Below are positions 41,932-52,517 of a stretch of DNA of 64,000 nucleotides, one piece after another. The notes beneath the pieces are model-generated. The model worked only from the letters and a program-made list of their open reading frames with translations, was not told the origin of the DNA and did no database searches. The position numbers and the translations under genes are program-made. Each line of letters starts with the position of its first letter. Position 1 is the first letter of the stretch. The stretch comes from Synergistales bacterium (lineage in GTDB: Bacteria > Synergistota > Synergistia > Synergistales > JAFGMB01), in contig OY762654.1 of assembly GCA_963666205.1 (NCBI GenBank), positions 608,001-672,000 on the forward strand, in the 5' to 3' direction.

Positions 41932-42636
41932 TTATTTTAATAACTGCTGTCTAAGCATCGTTACAAAATTGTGGGCAGCCCTTGCAGGTTCTGGAAGACG
42001 GTATTTTGTGCAGCAGGAAAGGACGATTTCAGGAGCCTGAACGATGGAAACCTTGTGACCGGGACTTATGTAAAGGGGACGAACGTTACTTCGGGTCCTG
42101 AGAACTGTGCCTATAATCTCTTCTCCATCATACAGGGGAACTCTGGCCCCCTTTTCGGATGGAACAGGTTCATGATTTCCCGTAAGACGGCTCTTGGCAA
42201 CACCCACCGTAGGCTGGTCGATGGTTACCCCGAAATGGGATGCGAGGCCAAGGCGTCTCGGATGGGCAATCCCTGCTCCATCTACAAGCCATATATCCGG
42301 CATGTTCTGTAATTTTTCACAGGCATCCATGAGAACAGGGAGTTCACGAAAGGAAAGCAGCCCCGGAATGTAGGGAAAGGATATGTCTTTTACTGCATAA
42401 ACCCTTTCCACCACATTCCAGGTTCCGTATTCCATGATAATTATACCGGCCACGGCCATGGTTTCTTTACCGATACGAGAGTAGGACACGTCGGTACCAG
42501 CGATAGATAATATCGAATGGATAGCAGATTGACTTAGATGGACGTTACAAGATTGTTTTTTTTGCTCTTCAATAGCCTCAATATAATAATCATTGATCTG
42601 CATCCAGCTATAATCTCCTCCATCAGAAATATTCAT
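41932..42636 (-). CDS. nfi: Endonuclease V (deoxyinosine 3'-endonuclease)
   Basis: AGTDVSY, FPYIPGLLSFRE, VDGAGIAHPRRLGLASH, GVAKS, RLPEP. Confidence 0.93.
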   Translation of the reverse strand: MNISDGGDYSWMQINDYYIEAIEEQKKQSCNVHLSQSAIHSILSIAGTDVSYSRIGKETMAVAGIIIMEYGTWNVVERVYAVKDISFPYIPGLLSFRELPVLMDACEKLQNMPDIWLVDGAGIAHPRRLGLASHFGVTIDQPTVGVAKSRLTGNHEPVPSEKGARVPLYDGEEIIGTVLRTRSNVRPLYISPGHKVSIVQAPEIVLSCCTKYRLPEPARAAHNFVTMLRQQLLK

Positions 42637-42738
42637 AAACTATCCCTGTCTATAGCGCTGATAGAAAAACAGAAAGGGGACCCAATAACACTCAGTCCCC
42701 TTTAGGTATGTAATTTAACTTAGTCGGATGGTGTAATC

Positions 42739-45408
42739 TTAATTCCGAACCCTCCAATAGACCTGAACAGTATCGGCGAAATCAGCAGATACATCACCTG
42801 AGTCCTCAGTTATACCGAACTCAATACCCAAGTCTTTGCTATAAACTGTACCATCTGTTTTAGGAATGTAAAGGACACCATCGGAACCAACGGTTGCCGC
42901 TACAAATTCCTCTCCAGGAAAATCAACATAATCACCATCTTCTCCCTCAGTAAGCTTAGTTGAAGCTCCGTTAACTTGTGAATCAAGAAGATCATCCATC
43001 TCTAAAGTATAGAGTCTGCTCAAGCCAATACCATCTTCTGCAGTGGTACTATAAACAGCTAAATAGAGAACACCATCTAAAAAGAGAGGTGTAGCGACTA
43101 GTTTTTCGAATTCATCAGCATTGGCTCCATTTCCCGTCTGAAGTTCAACTTCAAAAGAATCATCTATTTCAAAATTCCCTCCATCAATCCTGTCTTTTAC
43201 CATTGTAACGGTTTCTCCAGCCTGCCCCTGAGCAGATTGAAAAGCCAGGATCTTTGGCTCATAATCTTCCGCCATATAATCACCCAAGGCTGACTCCATA
43301 TCTAGAACAAATAAATTTGTAGTATCGTGGGGGTTACTGGCGTTAAAATCTATTTCTAAAACAGCAGCCATGTAAGTATGTGTCTCTATTCCACTCTCAC
43401 CCTGTTCATCAAAATAGGCAATGTCAAAATCCTGCAGAGGGGGAGCTGGATTTGTATTATGAGTTGAAATATTTGTTACAGTTGAAAAAAGTTTCCATGG
43501 ATCATTCCCTGCCTGAATATTCCACAAATAACAGGACCCATTAGAAAGATAAACATAAACATCACTTAATACAGGTAACCCTCCATATTGATTAGGCTCT
43601 TTGGGATAGGCAGCAAGCATTCGGGTAGGATCCCAATCCTCAGCACTCCATTCACCATTCAGGATATACCACAAAGTCTCATCATTCCCGGAATATTGAT
43701 CTGTAAACCGTTTATGCCCCTTAATATTACCTGTGAGCGGATCAAGATCATACCAGTGGTAATAATATGTTCCATAATCCTCATCATATTCCATGCCAAC
43801 AATAAGAGCATGCCAATCCAGGTTTCCCTTCTCTCCTGTCAGACCGATCAAAGGTCTGGCACAAACATAATCAAGGTAGAGATCACGAGGATTTGATGAT
43901 GAGAAATTTTCTGATTCTTTATCTCTATCCCAGAAAATATTAGTTTGTTCCCATAAAAAGATCGGGTTGTCTGGATCAGTTACGTCAAATGCATATATGG
44001 CAAAGTTTTTCCCAACTTGATGAGCAGGTTCCAGTTCTTCTTCTGCCGGAGCCAGATTATAATCCTGGAGTTCCTCTCTCCACCCAGAAAGAACCTTATT
44101 CTTCAAATGGATTCCCAGACCCGAAGTTCCGATGAGTATTCTTTTCCATTCTCCATCACTGCCATCTTCCTGGACATCATGAACAAATATGGGACCATCA
44201 AGGTTGGTCAATCTGGGATAATACCCAAGGATTGCATTAAGGTTTTCCTGGTAAGGTGCAGTCCTTAATGCAGGTTCAGGAATCACTGCCCAATTTCGTT
44301 TGACGTATGGATCTGTATCGGGATCATCTATGTCCAATTTGTTTAAAAGTCCATCATTGGTAGGAAGAAAAACTACAGGTTCATCTTCTGGCCAATCTTC
44401 TGGCAGTCCATCAGGATCAACAAATCGGGTTATCCAATAGTTTGTCTTCCAAACAAGCAGAGGAGGAGCATGGCCTGAGTCCGCAAGGATTTCCCCAGCT
44501 TTAAGAGAGGTATCCGTCCCCTCAAGAAATGTATACCAGTTGATCAACCAATCAGTATAGAATTCCTGGTTCGCATAAAATTCCTCTGGTTCTCCTTCAG
44601 GATCTTCTTCATCCTGAAAATAGAACCAGTTCTCCACATACTCCGGTGTAACGGATATATCTCTCAAGGTTGGTTTCATTCTGATACTTATAGATTCATT
44701 ATCTTTTATCTTAATAAGATTCTCGTTATCTGTATCAAAAAACCTCAATCCATATCCTGTGTTTCCCAGTTCGTGATCAACTGCCAGGGTTGGAAAGGCG
44801 GTCTCATCTTCTTTCCTTAATACGTTAAGATTCCCTCCCCAGGCGGACAAGGAATTAGAAGGCTTAATAAAGGAAACCGATGCAATAACGTTCCTTCCTA
44901 CACTGGTAAAGGAAAGAGGGGCGTTTGGTCTGTCTGATACTTCTGTCTGGTCTGGCCACAGGGGCCACATGGAAAGATCTGAAATAGCCGCATTCCCTTG
45001 ATCTGGTGAAACAACTATTTCAGTAATAGTTACAGAGATTGTAGCAGTGCTCATATGAGCACTGTGCTCGTTACCAACTCTTCCATTATCTTTCCGCCAA
45101 TCAGTTACGGTATATTGGAAAGAGTCGGTACCAGAATAACCTGTGTCTGGAGTATAAACAACATAGCTACCTTCTGCACTAGCTGAACCATGTGAAGGAT
45201 CTGAGCAATTAATAGCATAGAGTTCATCACCGTCAACATCTGTATCGTTACCAAGAACTGCGATAGAAACAGAATTATTCTCATAGGTTGTTGCAGTATC
45301 ATCCTGTGCAACTGGTGCAACATTTGCAGTAGAAATACCAGAAAGGGAAAAAAGCAGTGCTCCTAAAATGATGAATAAAGAGAACAGTAACTTCAGACAA
45401 TTTCGCAC
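42739..45408 (-). CDS. Divergent PilY1-like adhesin with N-terminal Ig-like/cadherin-like domain
   Basis: Signal peptide; NVAPVAQDDTATTYEN...NDTDVDGD...GTDSFQYTVTD Ig-like unit; TNDGLL, WAVIP, LDGP, YAFDVTDPDNP, GLSRLY, C-terminal YWR as in pilY1 #1. Confidence 0.72.
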   Translation of the reverse strand: MRNCLKLLFSLFIILGALLFSLSGISTANVAPVAQDDTATTYENNSVSIAVLGNDTDVDGDELYAINCSDPSHGSASAEGSYVVYTPDTGYSGTDSFQYTVTDWRKDNGRVGNEHSAHMSTATISVTITEIVVSPDQGNAAISDLSMWPLWPDQTEVSDRPNAPLSFTSVGRNVIASVSFIKPSNSLSAWGGNLNVLRKEDETAFPTLAVDHELGNTGYGLRFFDTDNENLIKIKDNESISIRMKPTLRDISVTPEYVENWFYFQDEEDPEGEPEEFYANQEFYTDWLINWYTFLEGTDTSLKAGEILADSGHAPPLLVWKTNYWITRFVDPDGLPEDWPEDEPVVFLPTNDGLLNKLDIDDPDTDPYVKRNWAVIPEPALRTAPYQENLNAILGYYPRLTNLDGPIFVHDVQEDGSDGEWKRILIGTSGLGIHLKNKVLSGWREELQDYNLAPAEEELEPAHQVGKNFAIYAFDVTDPDNPIFLWEQTNIFWDRDKESENFSSSNPRDLYLDYVCARPLIGLTGEKGNLDWHALIVGMEYDEDYGTYYYHWYDLDPLTGNIKGHKRFTDQYSGNDETLWYILNGEWSAEDWDPTRMLAAYPKEPNQYGGLPVLSDVYVYLSNGSCYLWNIQAGNDPWKLFSTVTNISTHNTNPAPPLQDFDIAYFDEQGESGIETHTYMAAVLEIDFNASNPHDTTNLFVLDMESALGDYMAEDYEPKILAFQSAQGQAGETVTMVKDRIDGGNFEIDDSFEVELQTGNGANADEFEKLVATPLFLDGVLYLAVYSTTAEDGIGLSRLYTLEMDDLLDSQVNGASTKLTEGEDGDYVDFPGEEFVAATVGSDGVLYIPKTDGTVYSKDLGIEFGITEDSGDVSADFADTVQVYWRVRN

Positions 45409-45424
45409 ATTTAAACAAAGATTA

Positions 45425-46039
45425 TTAATGAATCATCACCACCATGGATTCGAGCTCGAAGCTCTTAGATCCATCCTTCGTTGACGCTGTAGAGCGAATG
45501 ACAAAAGGATGATATTTCAAACCAACACTTCCGCTGAAAGTCATTACACGGTTCGGATCTATTATCATGGAATAACCCCTTGGAACATCTATAGTGCCTC
45601 CACCATCCTCACTGGCATCATACGGTAACCGGATTATGGGGAGATCACTGTTGTAGGTCTGACCTAAACCCATCTTATAATTACAATCAAGGATATCAAC
45701 TGTCAGTTCTAGGTTTTGAGAGTCATAAATAGAAGTATCGGGTATACTGTCAATATTGCTGGCAACCAAATCAGGCTGGATCTTTGCCCTTATATCATCA
45801 AGGTCCCCATTGTAAGTCTGCAACCCCACATACAAATCTTCACGCTCCTCATATAATCGAATTTTTCCCCATTCAATTCCGCTCTGGGCTGCGTCGTAGA
45901 GTTTCTGGTGATCTATGGTAGCCTGGGAGGAACCAACATAGTTTGTTGTCATGTCCATTATCACTGCACTGATACCAATAATAACAACCATCAGAATAAG
46001 CACCATTCCAAGGGCAAAACCTTTTTGTTTTCGCATCAT
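45425..46039 (-). CDS. PilX-like minor pilin (paralog of 37575-38204)
   Basis: KQKG|FALGMVLILM; LYDAAQSGIE; FVIRSTA. Confidence 0.75.
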   Translation of the reverse strand: MMRKQKGFALGMVLILMVVIIGISAVIMDMTTNYVGSSQATIDHQKLYDAAQSGIEWGKIRLYEEREDLYVGLQTYNGDLDDIRAKIQPDLVASNIDSIPDTSIYDSQNLELTVDILDCNYKMGLGQTYNSDLPIIRLPYDASEDGGGTIDVPRGYSMIIDPNRVMTFSGSVGLKYHPFVIRSTASTKDGSKSFELESMVVMIH

Positions 46040-46181
46040 ATAATCACCTCGAATAATGAGTATAAAGAACAAATGAAGATTCCTGACAATCTTCAGTTAT
46101 ATAACTTTCACACATACAATAGACCATAGACTACGGTATTTTTTTTCAAAGTCCTTGATTTATTAAAAAATTAAAACCCAT

Positions 46182-46460
46182 TGACCTGCTCCCCGAAAAG
46201 TGGTCCAGTCGAAATGCGAAAAAGTTGTTAAAATTGGACCCATTGGGGAGGAAATGACATGAAGAAAAAAGATTTTCCGAGGAACAGATCATATCCATAC
46301 TGAAAGAGAACGAGGCTGGAATCCCGATCAGGGAACTAGCCAGGAAATACGGTTTTTGCGAACAGACCTTCTATAGATGGAAAAGCAAGTTCGGAGGCAT
46401 GGAGGTAAGCGAAGCCAGGAAACTCACATTGAAAATGGACCTAATACAGGAGGCAGGTCA
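46182..46460 (+). mobile_element. Internally deleted IS3-family element (279 bp) with both terminal IRs and a 4-bp target duplication
   Basis: IRL TGACCTGCTCCCCG..TGGTCCA, IRR TGGACC..GGAGGCAGGTCA, CCAT on both sides; frameshifted OrfA remnant RFSEEQIISILKE...TFYRWKSKFGGME; no OrfB. Confidence 0.88.
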
Positions 46461-46600
46461 CCATTAGTATCTTAATCGTAAAAAGAAATATTATATAGTC
46501 CTTTATTACTATGTCGAGGAAATTGGCCTATTTCTACATTTCTAAGGCCCATTACACTTGCCATTTGAATCAAAAGTTTATGAGAAAAGGATTGATAACA

Positions 46601-46626
46601 GAAAAACCCTTCGGTTGCCCAAAGGG
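46601..46626 (-). terminator. Intrinsic terminator (expression platform of riboswitch #5)
   Basis: CCCTTTGG-GCAA-CCGAAGGG-TTTTTC. Confidence 0.75.
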
Positions 46627-46639
46627 AAGTATAGACCCA

Positions 46640-46720
46640 ATAAGCAGCCCGGCTGTCATAGTTAAAACACTTTAGACCCGCAGCTTTGCGTCACCACCTT
46701 TCGATGGTTTTGCCTATATA
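46640..46720 (-). ncRNA. c-di-GMP-I (GEMM-I) riboswitch #5
   Basis: TAGGCAAAACCATC-GAAA-GGTGGTGACGCAAAGCTGCGGGTCTAAAG...ATGACAGCCGGGCTGC; TTGACA-16-TAGAGT promoter at 46734-46761. Confidence 0.88.
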
Positions 46721-46864
46721 ATTATACAATGTAACTCTAGGGCTTTAAGGGGGTTTGTCAATCACACTTTAGCAGTGTGAATATTCACTTTAAGGATGCA
46801 GAATCAACATAGAGAAATCGGGGGGAATTTTAAAAAAGGAAAGATAACTGGTCTGTATAAATTC

Positions 46865-46900
46865 AAAAAAAAAAGGGGGTGGCTTTAAGCCACCCCCTTT
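46865..46900 (-). terminator. Terminator of the rplJL operon
   Basis: AAAGGGGGTGGC-TTAAA-GCCACCCCC followed by T10. Confidence 0.85.
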
Positions 46901-46917
46901 CATAAGCAATGAAAGAA

Positions 46918-47295
46918 CTACTTGAGCTCGACTTCTGCTCCAACTTCTTCGAGTTTCTTCTTGAGCTCTTCAGCCTCTTCCTTGGAGACACCCTCTTTAA
47001 TGGGCTTGGGAGGATTGTCGACAAGCTCTTTGGCTTCCTTGAGTCCAAGGCCTGTAAGCTCACGTACAACCTTAATGGTTGCGATCTTGTTTGATCCAAC
47101 GGTCTTGTAGATTACGTCAAACTCGGTCTGCTCTTCTTCAACAGCTGCAGCGCCAGGCATGGCACCCATCATGGGCATGGCAGCCATAGGGGCAGCAGCG
47201 GAAACACCAAATCTGTCCTCAAGTTCCTTAACGAGCTCGGAAAGCTCAAGAACTGACATTTCTTCAATTGCCTTGATAAGATCTTCACGGTTCAT
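46918..47295 (-). CDS. rplL: 50S ribosomal protein L7/L12
   Basis: [23 protein letters not shown]. Confidence 0.98.
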   Translation of the reverse strand: MNREDLIKAIEEMSVLELSELVKELEDRFGVSAAAPMAAMPMMGAMPGAAAVEEEQTEFDVIYKTVGSNKIATIKVVRELTGLGLKEAKELVDNPPKPIKEGVSKEEAEELKKKLEEVGAEVELK

Positions 47296-47397
47296 AATAT
47301 TTGTTTCCTCCTTAAGAAATCTTTCTTGGGTAATTTTGTATTTTCATATTGAAATCAGGCTGCGTAGAAAAGATATAGTTTTAAATATCCTTTATTC

Positions 47398-47931
47398 TCA
47401 AGCAGCGTCCTTTTCTTTCTTTTCCTTAAGCTGAGAGAGGCACGTAACAAGTCCCCTCTGGGGGCCGGAAAGAACTGTAACGAGTCCACGAAGAGGAGCC
47501 GCAATGGTACCGACAACCTGTGCAATAAGCTGGTCTCTGGATGGAAGTTCTGCCAGGGCATTTACCTCATCGGCATTAAGAACTTTCTTTCCAAGGATTC
47601 CGCCTTTCACTACAAGGGCCTTGTTCGTTTTTACCTTTGCAAAGTCTTCAAGAGCCTTTGCTACAGCTACAGGATCCTGGTAGGCAACTGTATAGACATT
47701 GGGACCAAGTGTAATTTCCTCTGGAACTGGAAGACCTTCTTCCTGAAGGGCCAGTCTCATAAGGGTGTTCTTGGAAACCTTCATTTCGCCGCCGGCTTCC
47801 CTGACCTTGGCACGGACCTCGGTTATCTGGGCAACAGTAAGTCCCCTGTATTCGCAGATAAATACTGCTTCAGTTCTACCTAACATTTCGCGAAGTTTCT
47901 GTACCTGTTCTATTTTATATTTTGCAGGCAT
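47398..47931 (-). CDS. rplJ: 50S ribosomal protein L10
   Basis: EYRGLTV, VSKNTL, LAELPSR. Confidence 0.97.
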   Translation of the reverse strand: MPAKYKIEQVQKLREMLGRTEAVFICEYRGLTVAQITEVRAKVREAGGEMKVSKNTLMRLALQEEGLPVPEEITLGPNVYTVAYQDPVAVAKALEDFAKVKTNKALVVKGGILGKKVLNADEVNALAELPSRDQLIAQVVGTIAAPLRGLVTVLSGPQRGLVTCLSQLKEKKEKDAA

Positions 47932-47950
47932 TCGCTCACCTCCCTCCTGT

Positions 47951-48082
47951 AAAAAAATCTCCCGGGTCCACCAGGACCCGGGAGATCAGAAATCAATGAT
48001 CGTCAGAGGACACTACTCCTCTGACCGGGAACCTCGGTGGGTTGTATATATTAAGTGCTGGTGCACACCCGCTGTCTTCAGT
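47951..48082 (-). promoter_or_regulatory. L10 leader (autoregulatory RNA) with attenuator terminator
   Basis: AAGACAGCGGG...TTAA...CCCACCGAGG core followed by TCTCCCGGGTCC-TGGT-GGACCCGGGAGA-TTTTTTT upstream of rplJ. Confidence 0.78.
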
Positions 48083-48150
48083 TCAGTTAATATTTATTAA
48101 ATTGTCAATTTGTAGAGGGTGCTTTCTTCCTCCGGCAAAAAATGCCAGGA

Positions 48151-48858
48151 TCAGTCAACTATCTCTTTCTGCGCCACATTGGTATCGACCTTGATACCCA
48201 CACCCATGGTGGGGGCAATGGCTATGCTCTTGATATATGTACCCTTTACAGCTGCCGGCCTGGACTTCACTATAGCAGCAAGCAGGGTTTTTGCATTTTC
48301 AAAAAGCTGATCATTAGTGAAACTCTTTTTACCAACTGAATTATGAATAATGGCAAATTTGTCAACCCGGTATTCAACTTTACCAGCCTTGATTTCCTCT
48401 ACGGCATGGGCAACATCAAAGGTAACAGTTCCGGTCTTTGCACTGGGCATAAGGCCCCGGGGACCAAGGACTTTTCCAAGACGACCAACGACCTTCATCA
48501 TATCAGGCGTTGCTATGACTGAATCAAAATCAAGCCAACCTCCGCTGATCTTCTGGACCATGTCTTCTCCGCCAACGAAATCGGCCCCTGCTTCCTGGGC
48601 TTCCTTCATCTTCTCACCAGCCGCGATCACAAGTACCTTTTTAGTGATACCAGTACCATGTGGAAGTACTACTGTGCTGCGGACCTGCTGATCGGCATGC
48701 CTGGGATCAACTCCAAGGCGAACATGTACTTCAAGGCTTTCGTCAAACTTTGCAGTTGCAACATCCTTGAAAAGTTCAATGGCTTCCCTAAGTCCATAAA
48801 GCTTGTTTGAATCCACTTTTTCTACTGCTTCTTTGTATCTCTTACTCCGTTTTGTCAT
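48151..48858 (-). CDS. rplA: 50S ribosomal protein L1
   Basis: [27 protein letters not shown]. Confidence 0.98.
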   Translation of the reverse strand: MTKRSKRYKEAVEKVDSNKLYGLREAIELFKDVATAKFDESLEVHVRLGVDPRHADQQVRSTVVLPHGTGITKKVLVIAAGEKMKEAQEAGADFVGGEDMVQKISGGWLDFDSVIATPDMMKVVGRLGKVLGPRGLMPSAKTGTVTFDVAHAVEEIKAGKVEYRVDKFAIIHNSVGKKSFTNDQLFENAKTLLAAIVKSRPAAVKGTYIKSIAIAPTMGVGIKVDTNVAQKEIVD

Positions 48859-48873
48859 GAGTTTTTCCTCCTC

Positions 48874-48902
48874 GTGGTACCAACGGGCTTTCGCCCTCCC
48901 AC
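48874..48902 (-). promoter_or_regulatory. Probable L1-binding regulatory hairpin before rplA
   Basis: GTGGGAGGGC-GAAA-GCCCGTTGGTACCAC immediately upstream of the rplA RBS. Confidence 0.55.
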
Positions 48903-48920
48903 AGATAGTTCAAAGAACCT

Positions 48921-49346
48921 TCAGTCGACTATTTCGATGCCCATGGAACGGGCGGTTCCCTCGATCATCCTCATGGCTGCTTCTGTATCGTTGGCATTCA
49001 GGTCCTCTTTCTTGATCTCGGCGATCTCACGAACCTTGTCCCTTTTGATCTTGGCAACCTTGACCTTGTTAGGCTCCCCTGATGCACTCTCGAGACCAGC
49101 TGCCTTTTTAAGCAGGACGGCTGCTGGCGGGGTTTTGGTGATGAAAGAAAAACTTCTGTCAGCATATACTGTCAGAACTGCGGGAATTATCATCCCTGGC
49201 TGATCAGAAGTCTTGGCATTGAACTGCTTACAGAATTCCATAATGTTGACACCGTGCTGACCAAGTGCCGGCCCGACCGGAGGTGCCGGTGTTGCCTTAC
49301 CTGCAGGCAACTGAAGCTTGATCTGCGCAATAACTTTTTTGGCCAT
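48921..49346 (-). CDS. rplK: 50S ribosomal protein L11
   Basis: [25 protein letters not shown]. Confidence 0.98.
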   Translation of the reverse strand: MAKKVIAQIKLQLPAGKATPAPPVGPALGQHGVNIMEFCKQFNAKTSDQPGMIIPAVLTVYADRSFSFITKTPPAAVLLKKAAGLESASGEPNKVKVAKIKRDKVREIAEIKKEDLNANDTEAAMRMIEGTARSMGIEIVD

Positions 49347-49415
49347 TATCCTTTATCTCCTCTCGTAACTGCTGATACAAATTACATAAGCCCTTTTACA
49401 GGGCTGAATTTTATA

Positions 49416-49958
49416 CTAAAGCTTTTCCAACTCTGTATAATCTATTTCAACGAGTGTTTCTCTACCGAAAACGGTTACGGAGAACTTGATCTTTCCTTTT
49501 TCAGCATTGATCTCCGCTACAGGGCCAACCTGTCCATCAAAGGGGCCACTCTTGACTTTAACGATGTCACCAGGCTTGAGATTGATCTCAAATTTCGGCT
49601 TGGCATGATCCTGGCCTATCTTGTTCATTATTTCCTTGACTTCTCTTTCGCTCAGTGGGATAGGATGATTGCCCGCTCCCACGAAACCTGTCACACCGGG
49701 AGTATGACGGACCACATACCAGGACTGATCGGCAAGGCACATCTCAACGAGCACATAACTTGGGAAAAGCTTCCTTGTCACATGCTTGCTTTTACCATCC
49801 TTGACAAAAAGCTTATCTTCCAGCGGAACGAGCACATCAAAGATCTGATCTTCCATGCCCATTGTGGCTATCCTCTGCTCAAGATTGGCTTTTACTCTAT
49901 TCTCATATCCTGCATATGTCTGTACAATGTACCAACGTCGCTCAGAACTTGATTCCAT
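49416..49958 (-). CDS. nusG: Transcription termination/antitermination factor NusG
   Basis: WYIVQTYAGYE, TPGVTGFVG, KOW motif GPFDG, FGRET. Confidence 0.97.
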   Translation of the reverse strand: MESSSERRWYIVQTYAGYENRVKANLEQRIATMGMEDQIFDVLVPLEDKLFVKDGKSKHVTRKLFPSYVLVEMCLADQSWYVVRHTPGVTGFVGAGNHPIPLSEREVKEIMNKIGQDHAKPKFEINLKPGDIVKVKSGPFDGQVGPVAEINAEKGKIKFSVTVFGRETLVEIDYTELEKL

Positions 49959-50048
49959 GCTTAAAAGGGGACCCGACTTGCGGCCCCCTCACCTCCCCCG
50001 CCAATAAAGTGGACTGTATGTTCATCTGAAAATACAATCTGGCAGTTG

Positions 50049-50228
50049 CTAGATCAACTTGGCGAATACCCCGGTGAGGGCTATATCAACTAAACCAAGA
50101 TAGGCCGCCACGAAAAGGGTAAAAGCTATAACAACCAGAGTCGAATACCAAACCTGCTGTCGGCCTGGCCATGTAACTTTTTTTAATTCAGCTCTTGCTT
50201 CTCTGATGAAGCTGAAGATCTTTCCCAA
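50049..50228 (-). CDS. secE: Preprotein translocase SecE (59 aa, not in ORF track)
   Basis: TTG start behind GGAGG; FIREARAELKKVTWP plus one TM segment; lies between tRNA-Trp and nusG. Confidence 0.92.
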   Translation of the reverse strand: MGKIFSFIREARAELKKVTWPGRQQVWYSTLVVIAFTLFVAAYLGLVDIALTGVFAKLI

Positions 50229-50273
50229 ACTTTGCGGCCTCCTATTCTATTACATTAACTTTAAAAATAATTA

Positions 50274-50349
50274 TGGCAGGCCCGGCAGGACTTGAACCTG
50301 CAACCCCCGGTTTTGGAGACCAGTGCTCTGCCAATTGAGCTACGGACCT
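50274..50349 (-). tRNA. tRNA-Trp(CCA)
   Basis: AGGTCCG...CTCCAAA...GTTCAAGTC...CCA. Confidence 0.95.
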
Positions 50350-50370
50350 GCGAGCAGAGTACATTCTACA

Positions 50371-50520
50371 CTACTTGGTTTCTTTATGCAAGGTATGTTT
50401 CTTGCAGAATTTACAGTACTTGCTCAATTCAAGTTTACCCTTCATGTTCTTTTTGTTAACTGAGGTTACATAATTCCTGCGTTTACACTCTGTGCACTGC
50501 AGGCCGATATTATCTGCCAT
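50371..50520 (-). CDS. rpmG: 50S ribosomal protein L33 (Zn-ribbon form, 49 aa, not in ORF track)
   Basis: [17 protein letters not shown]...[16 protein letters not shown]. Confidence 0.95.
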   Translation of the reverse strand: MADNIGLQCTECKRRNYVTSVNKKNMKGKLELSKYCKFCKKHTLHKETK

Positions 50521-50540
50521 AACTTTTCACTCCAAACGTT

Positions 50541-51740
50541 TTACTCAAGGATTTCGGTAACTACGCCGGCGCCAACGGTATGTCCGCCTTCACGGACTGC
50601 AAAACGAAGTCCCGGCTCCATGGCGATGGGAACTATAAGCTTGACTTCGAAGTTAGCGTTGTCTCCGGGCATTACCATTTCTACTCCCTCTGGAAGCTTG
50701 ATCTCACCTGTTACGTCCGTGGTCCTGAAATAGAACTGAGGCTTGTATCCAGCAAAGAACGGGGTATGCCTTCCGCCTTCCTCTTTCTTCAATACATATA
50801 CCTCGCCCTTGAACCATGTGTGAGGTGTAATGGATCCAGGCTTGGCCAGTACCTGGCCTCGCTCTACTTCTTCCTTGCCTACTCCCCTCAGAAGTACTCC
50901 TACATTGTCTCCTGCCATGGCATTGTCAAGGATCTTACGGAACATCTCAAGAGATGTGGCTACACTCTTGACTATGTCCGTCTTCATTCCGATGATGGCT
51001 ACTTCCTCTCCAGCATTGATGACTCCTCGCTCTACCCTGCCCGTTACCACTGTCCCTCGACCCGTTATGGTAAATACATCCTCTATGGGCATAAGGAAAG
51101 GCTTGTCCATCTCCCTGGCTGGCTCCGGAATGTAACTGTCACATGCATCCATAAGCTCCCAGATACACTTGGCTTCGGGAGTCTCCTTCGTTCCTTCGCT
51201 CTCAAGAGCCCTGAGAGCACTTCCCCTGACAACCGGAATGTCATCTCCAGGGAACTCATAGGCACTCAGAAGCTCACGCACTTCCATCTCTACAAGATCA
51301 AGAAGCTCTTCGTCATCCACCTGGTCTGTCTTGTTCATGAATACTACAAGGGCCGGCACATTAACCTGACGGGCTAGAAGTACATGCTCCCTCGTCTGGG
51401 GCATGGGTCCGTCCGCTGCACTTACCACCAGAATGGCTCCGTCCATCTGGGCCGCTCCAGTGATCATGTTCTTGATGTAGTCTGCATGTCCCGGACAGTC
51501 AATATGGGCATAGTGCCTGTTATCTGTCTGGTATTCCACGTGGGCTATATTGATGGTTATTCCGCGCTCACGCTCTTCCGGTGCCTTGTCAATATCCTCA
51601 AACTTCGAAAAATCCGCAAGTCCAGCAGTCGCAAGACACTTCGTGATCGCCGCTGTTAGCGTTGTCTTTCCGTGGTCTATGTGACCTACTGTCCCTATGT
51701 TCAAATGCGGCTTCGATCTTTCAAATTTCGCCTTTGCCAT
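50541..51740 (-). CDS. tuf: Elongation factor Tu
   Basis: [25 protein letters not shown]. Confidence 0.99.
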   Translation of the reverse strand: MAKAKFERSKPHLNIGTVGHIDHGKTTLTAAITKCLATAGLADFSKFEDIDKAPEERERGITINIAHVEYQTDNRHYAHIDCPGHADYIKNMITGAAQMDGAILVVSAADGPMPQTREHVLLARQVNVPALVVFMNKTDQVDDEELLDLVEMEVRELLSAYEFPGDDIPVVRGSALRALESEGTKETPEAKCIWELMDACDSYIPEPAREMDKPFLMPIEDVFTITGRGTVVTGRVERGVINAGEEVAIIGMKTDIVKSVATSLEMFRKILDNAMAGDNVGVLLRGVGKEEVERGQVLAKPGSITPHTWFKGEVYVLKKEEGGRHTPFFAGYKPQFYFRTTDVTGEIKLPEGVEMVMPGDNANFEVKLIVPIAMEPGLRFAVREGGHTVGAGVVTEILE

Positions 51741-51896
51741 TTTCAGCTGACCTCCCTATACATATATATACATATATAGACCGCCCGTACTGGGCACTAC
51801 GCTCAGAGATTTTAACATATTTAACTGAAAACAAGAATAATACACGCAAAAAATCCGGAGCTCACACACTCCGGACTTTTAATTATTTTGAAAAAA

Positions 51897-51972
51897 TGGA
51901 GCCGACTTCCGGACTCGAACCGGAGACCCCATCCTTACCATGGATGTGCTCTACCTACTGAGCTAAGTCGGC
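51897..51972 (-). tRNA. tRNA-Thr(GGT)
   Basis: GCCGACT...ATGGTAA...GTTCGAGTC...CCA. Confidence 0.95.
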
Positions 51973-51986
51973 CCGTTGTTAAGGAA

Positions 51987-52071
51987 TGGTGGTGGGAGAA
52001 GGATTCGAACCTTCGTAGACGGAGTCGGCAGATTTACAGTCTGCTGCCTTTGACCACTCGGCCATCCCACC
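51987..52071 (-). tRNA. tRNA-Tyr(GTA)
   Basis: GGTGGGA...CTGTAAA, long variable arm, GTTCGAATC...CCA. Confidence 0.95.
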
Positions 52072-52091
52072 ACTACTCAGCTTTGTTTTCA

Positions 52092-52167
52092 TGGAGCCGG
52101 CGATCCGACTTGAACGGACGACCTGCTGATTACAAGTCAGCTGCTCTACCAACTGAGCTACACCGGC
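52092..52167 (-). tRNA. tRNA-Thr(TGT)
   Basis: GCCGGTG...CTTGTAA...GTTCAAGTC...CCA. Confidence 0.95.
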
Positions 52168-52217
52168 TTGACGCTGGTTTATTATAGCGAGTCAGTTGTA
52201 ATTGTCAACAGGATAAA

Positions 52218-52517
52218 CTAAATAATTTCTTCCGCATTATTCATTAGAACCTTTATACCGGCCCTACTGACATATGGATTTTTTACGAAGGATCTGAATT
52301 TTTCCTTAAAACTGGAGATATCCTCATCTCCGCAGAAAATCATGAAAACCCAGTTCTTTCCAGGGAAAACATCGTTTCCCCAGTGAGTTTTCCCGGTCCG
52401 GATGTCCCTTCCGAGAACATTCTGCCACACTGTATAACCTGTGATCCCGTCATTATCAAGGATCTCCATCACTTCACCGGCTATACTTTCATTACAGAAG
52501 ATCCATACCATTTTCAA
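52218..52517 (-). CDS. PII-like transporter-associated small protein (PG0541-like)
   Basis: GYTVWQNVLGR...THWGNDVFPGKN; 4-nt overlap with the RND gene. Confidence 0.7.
   Translation of the reverse strand: MKMVWIFCNESIAGEVMEILDNDGITGYTVWQNVLGRDIRTGKTHWGNDVFPGKNWVFMIFCGDEDISSFKEKFRSFVKNPYVSRAGIKVLMNNAEEII

Noticed and set aside
51756-51779. TATACATATA tandem upstream of tuf
   Set aside because: A short low-complexity AT tract before the RBS, with no evidence of function or phase variation.
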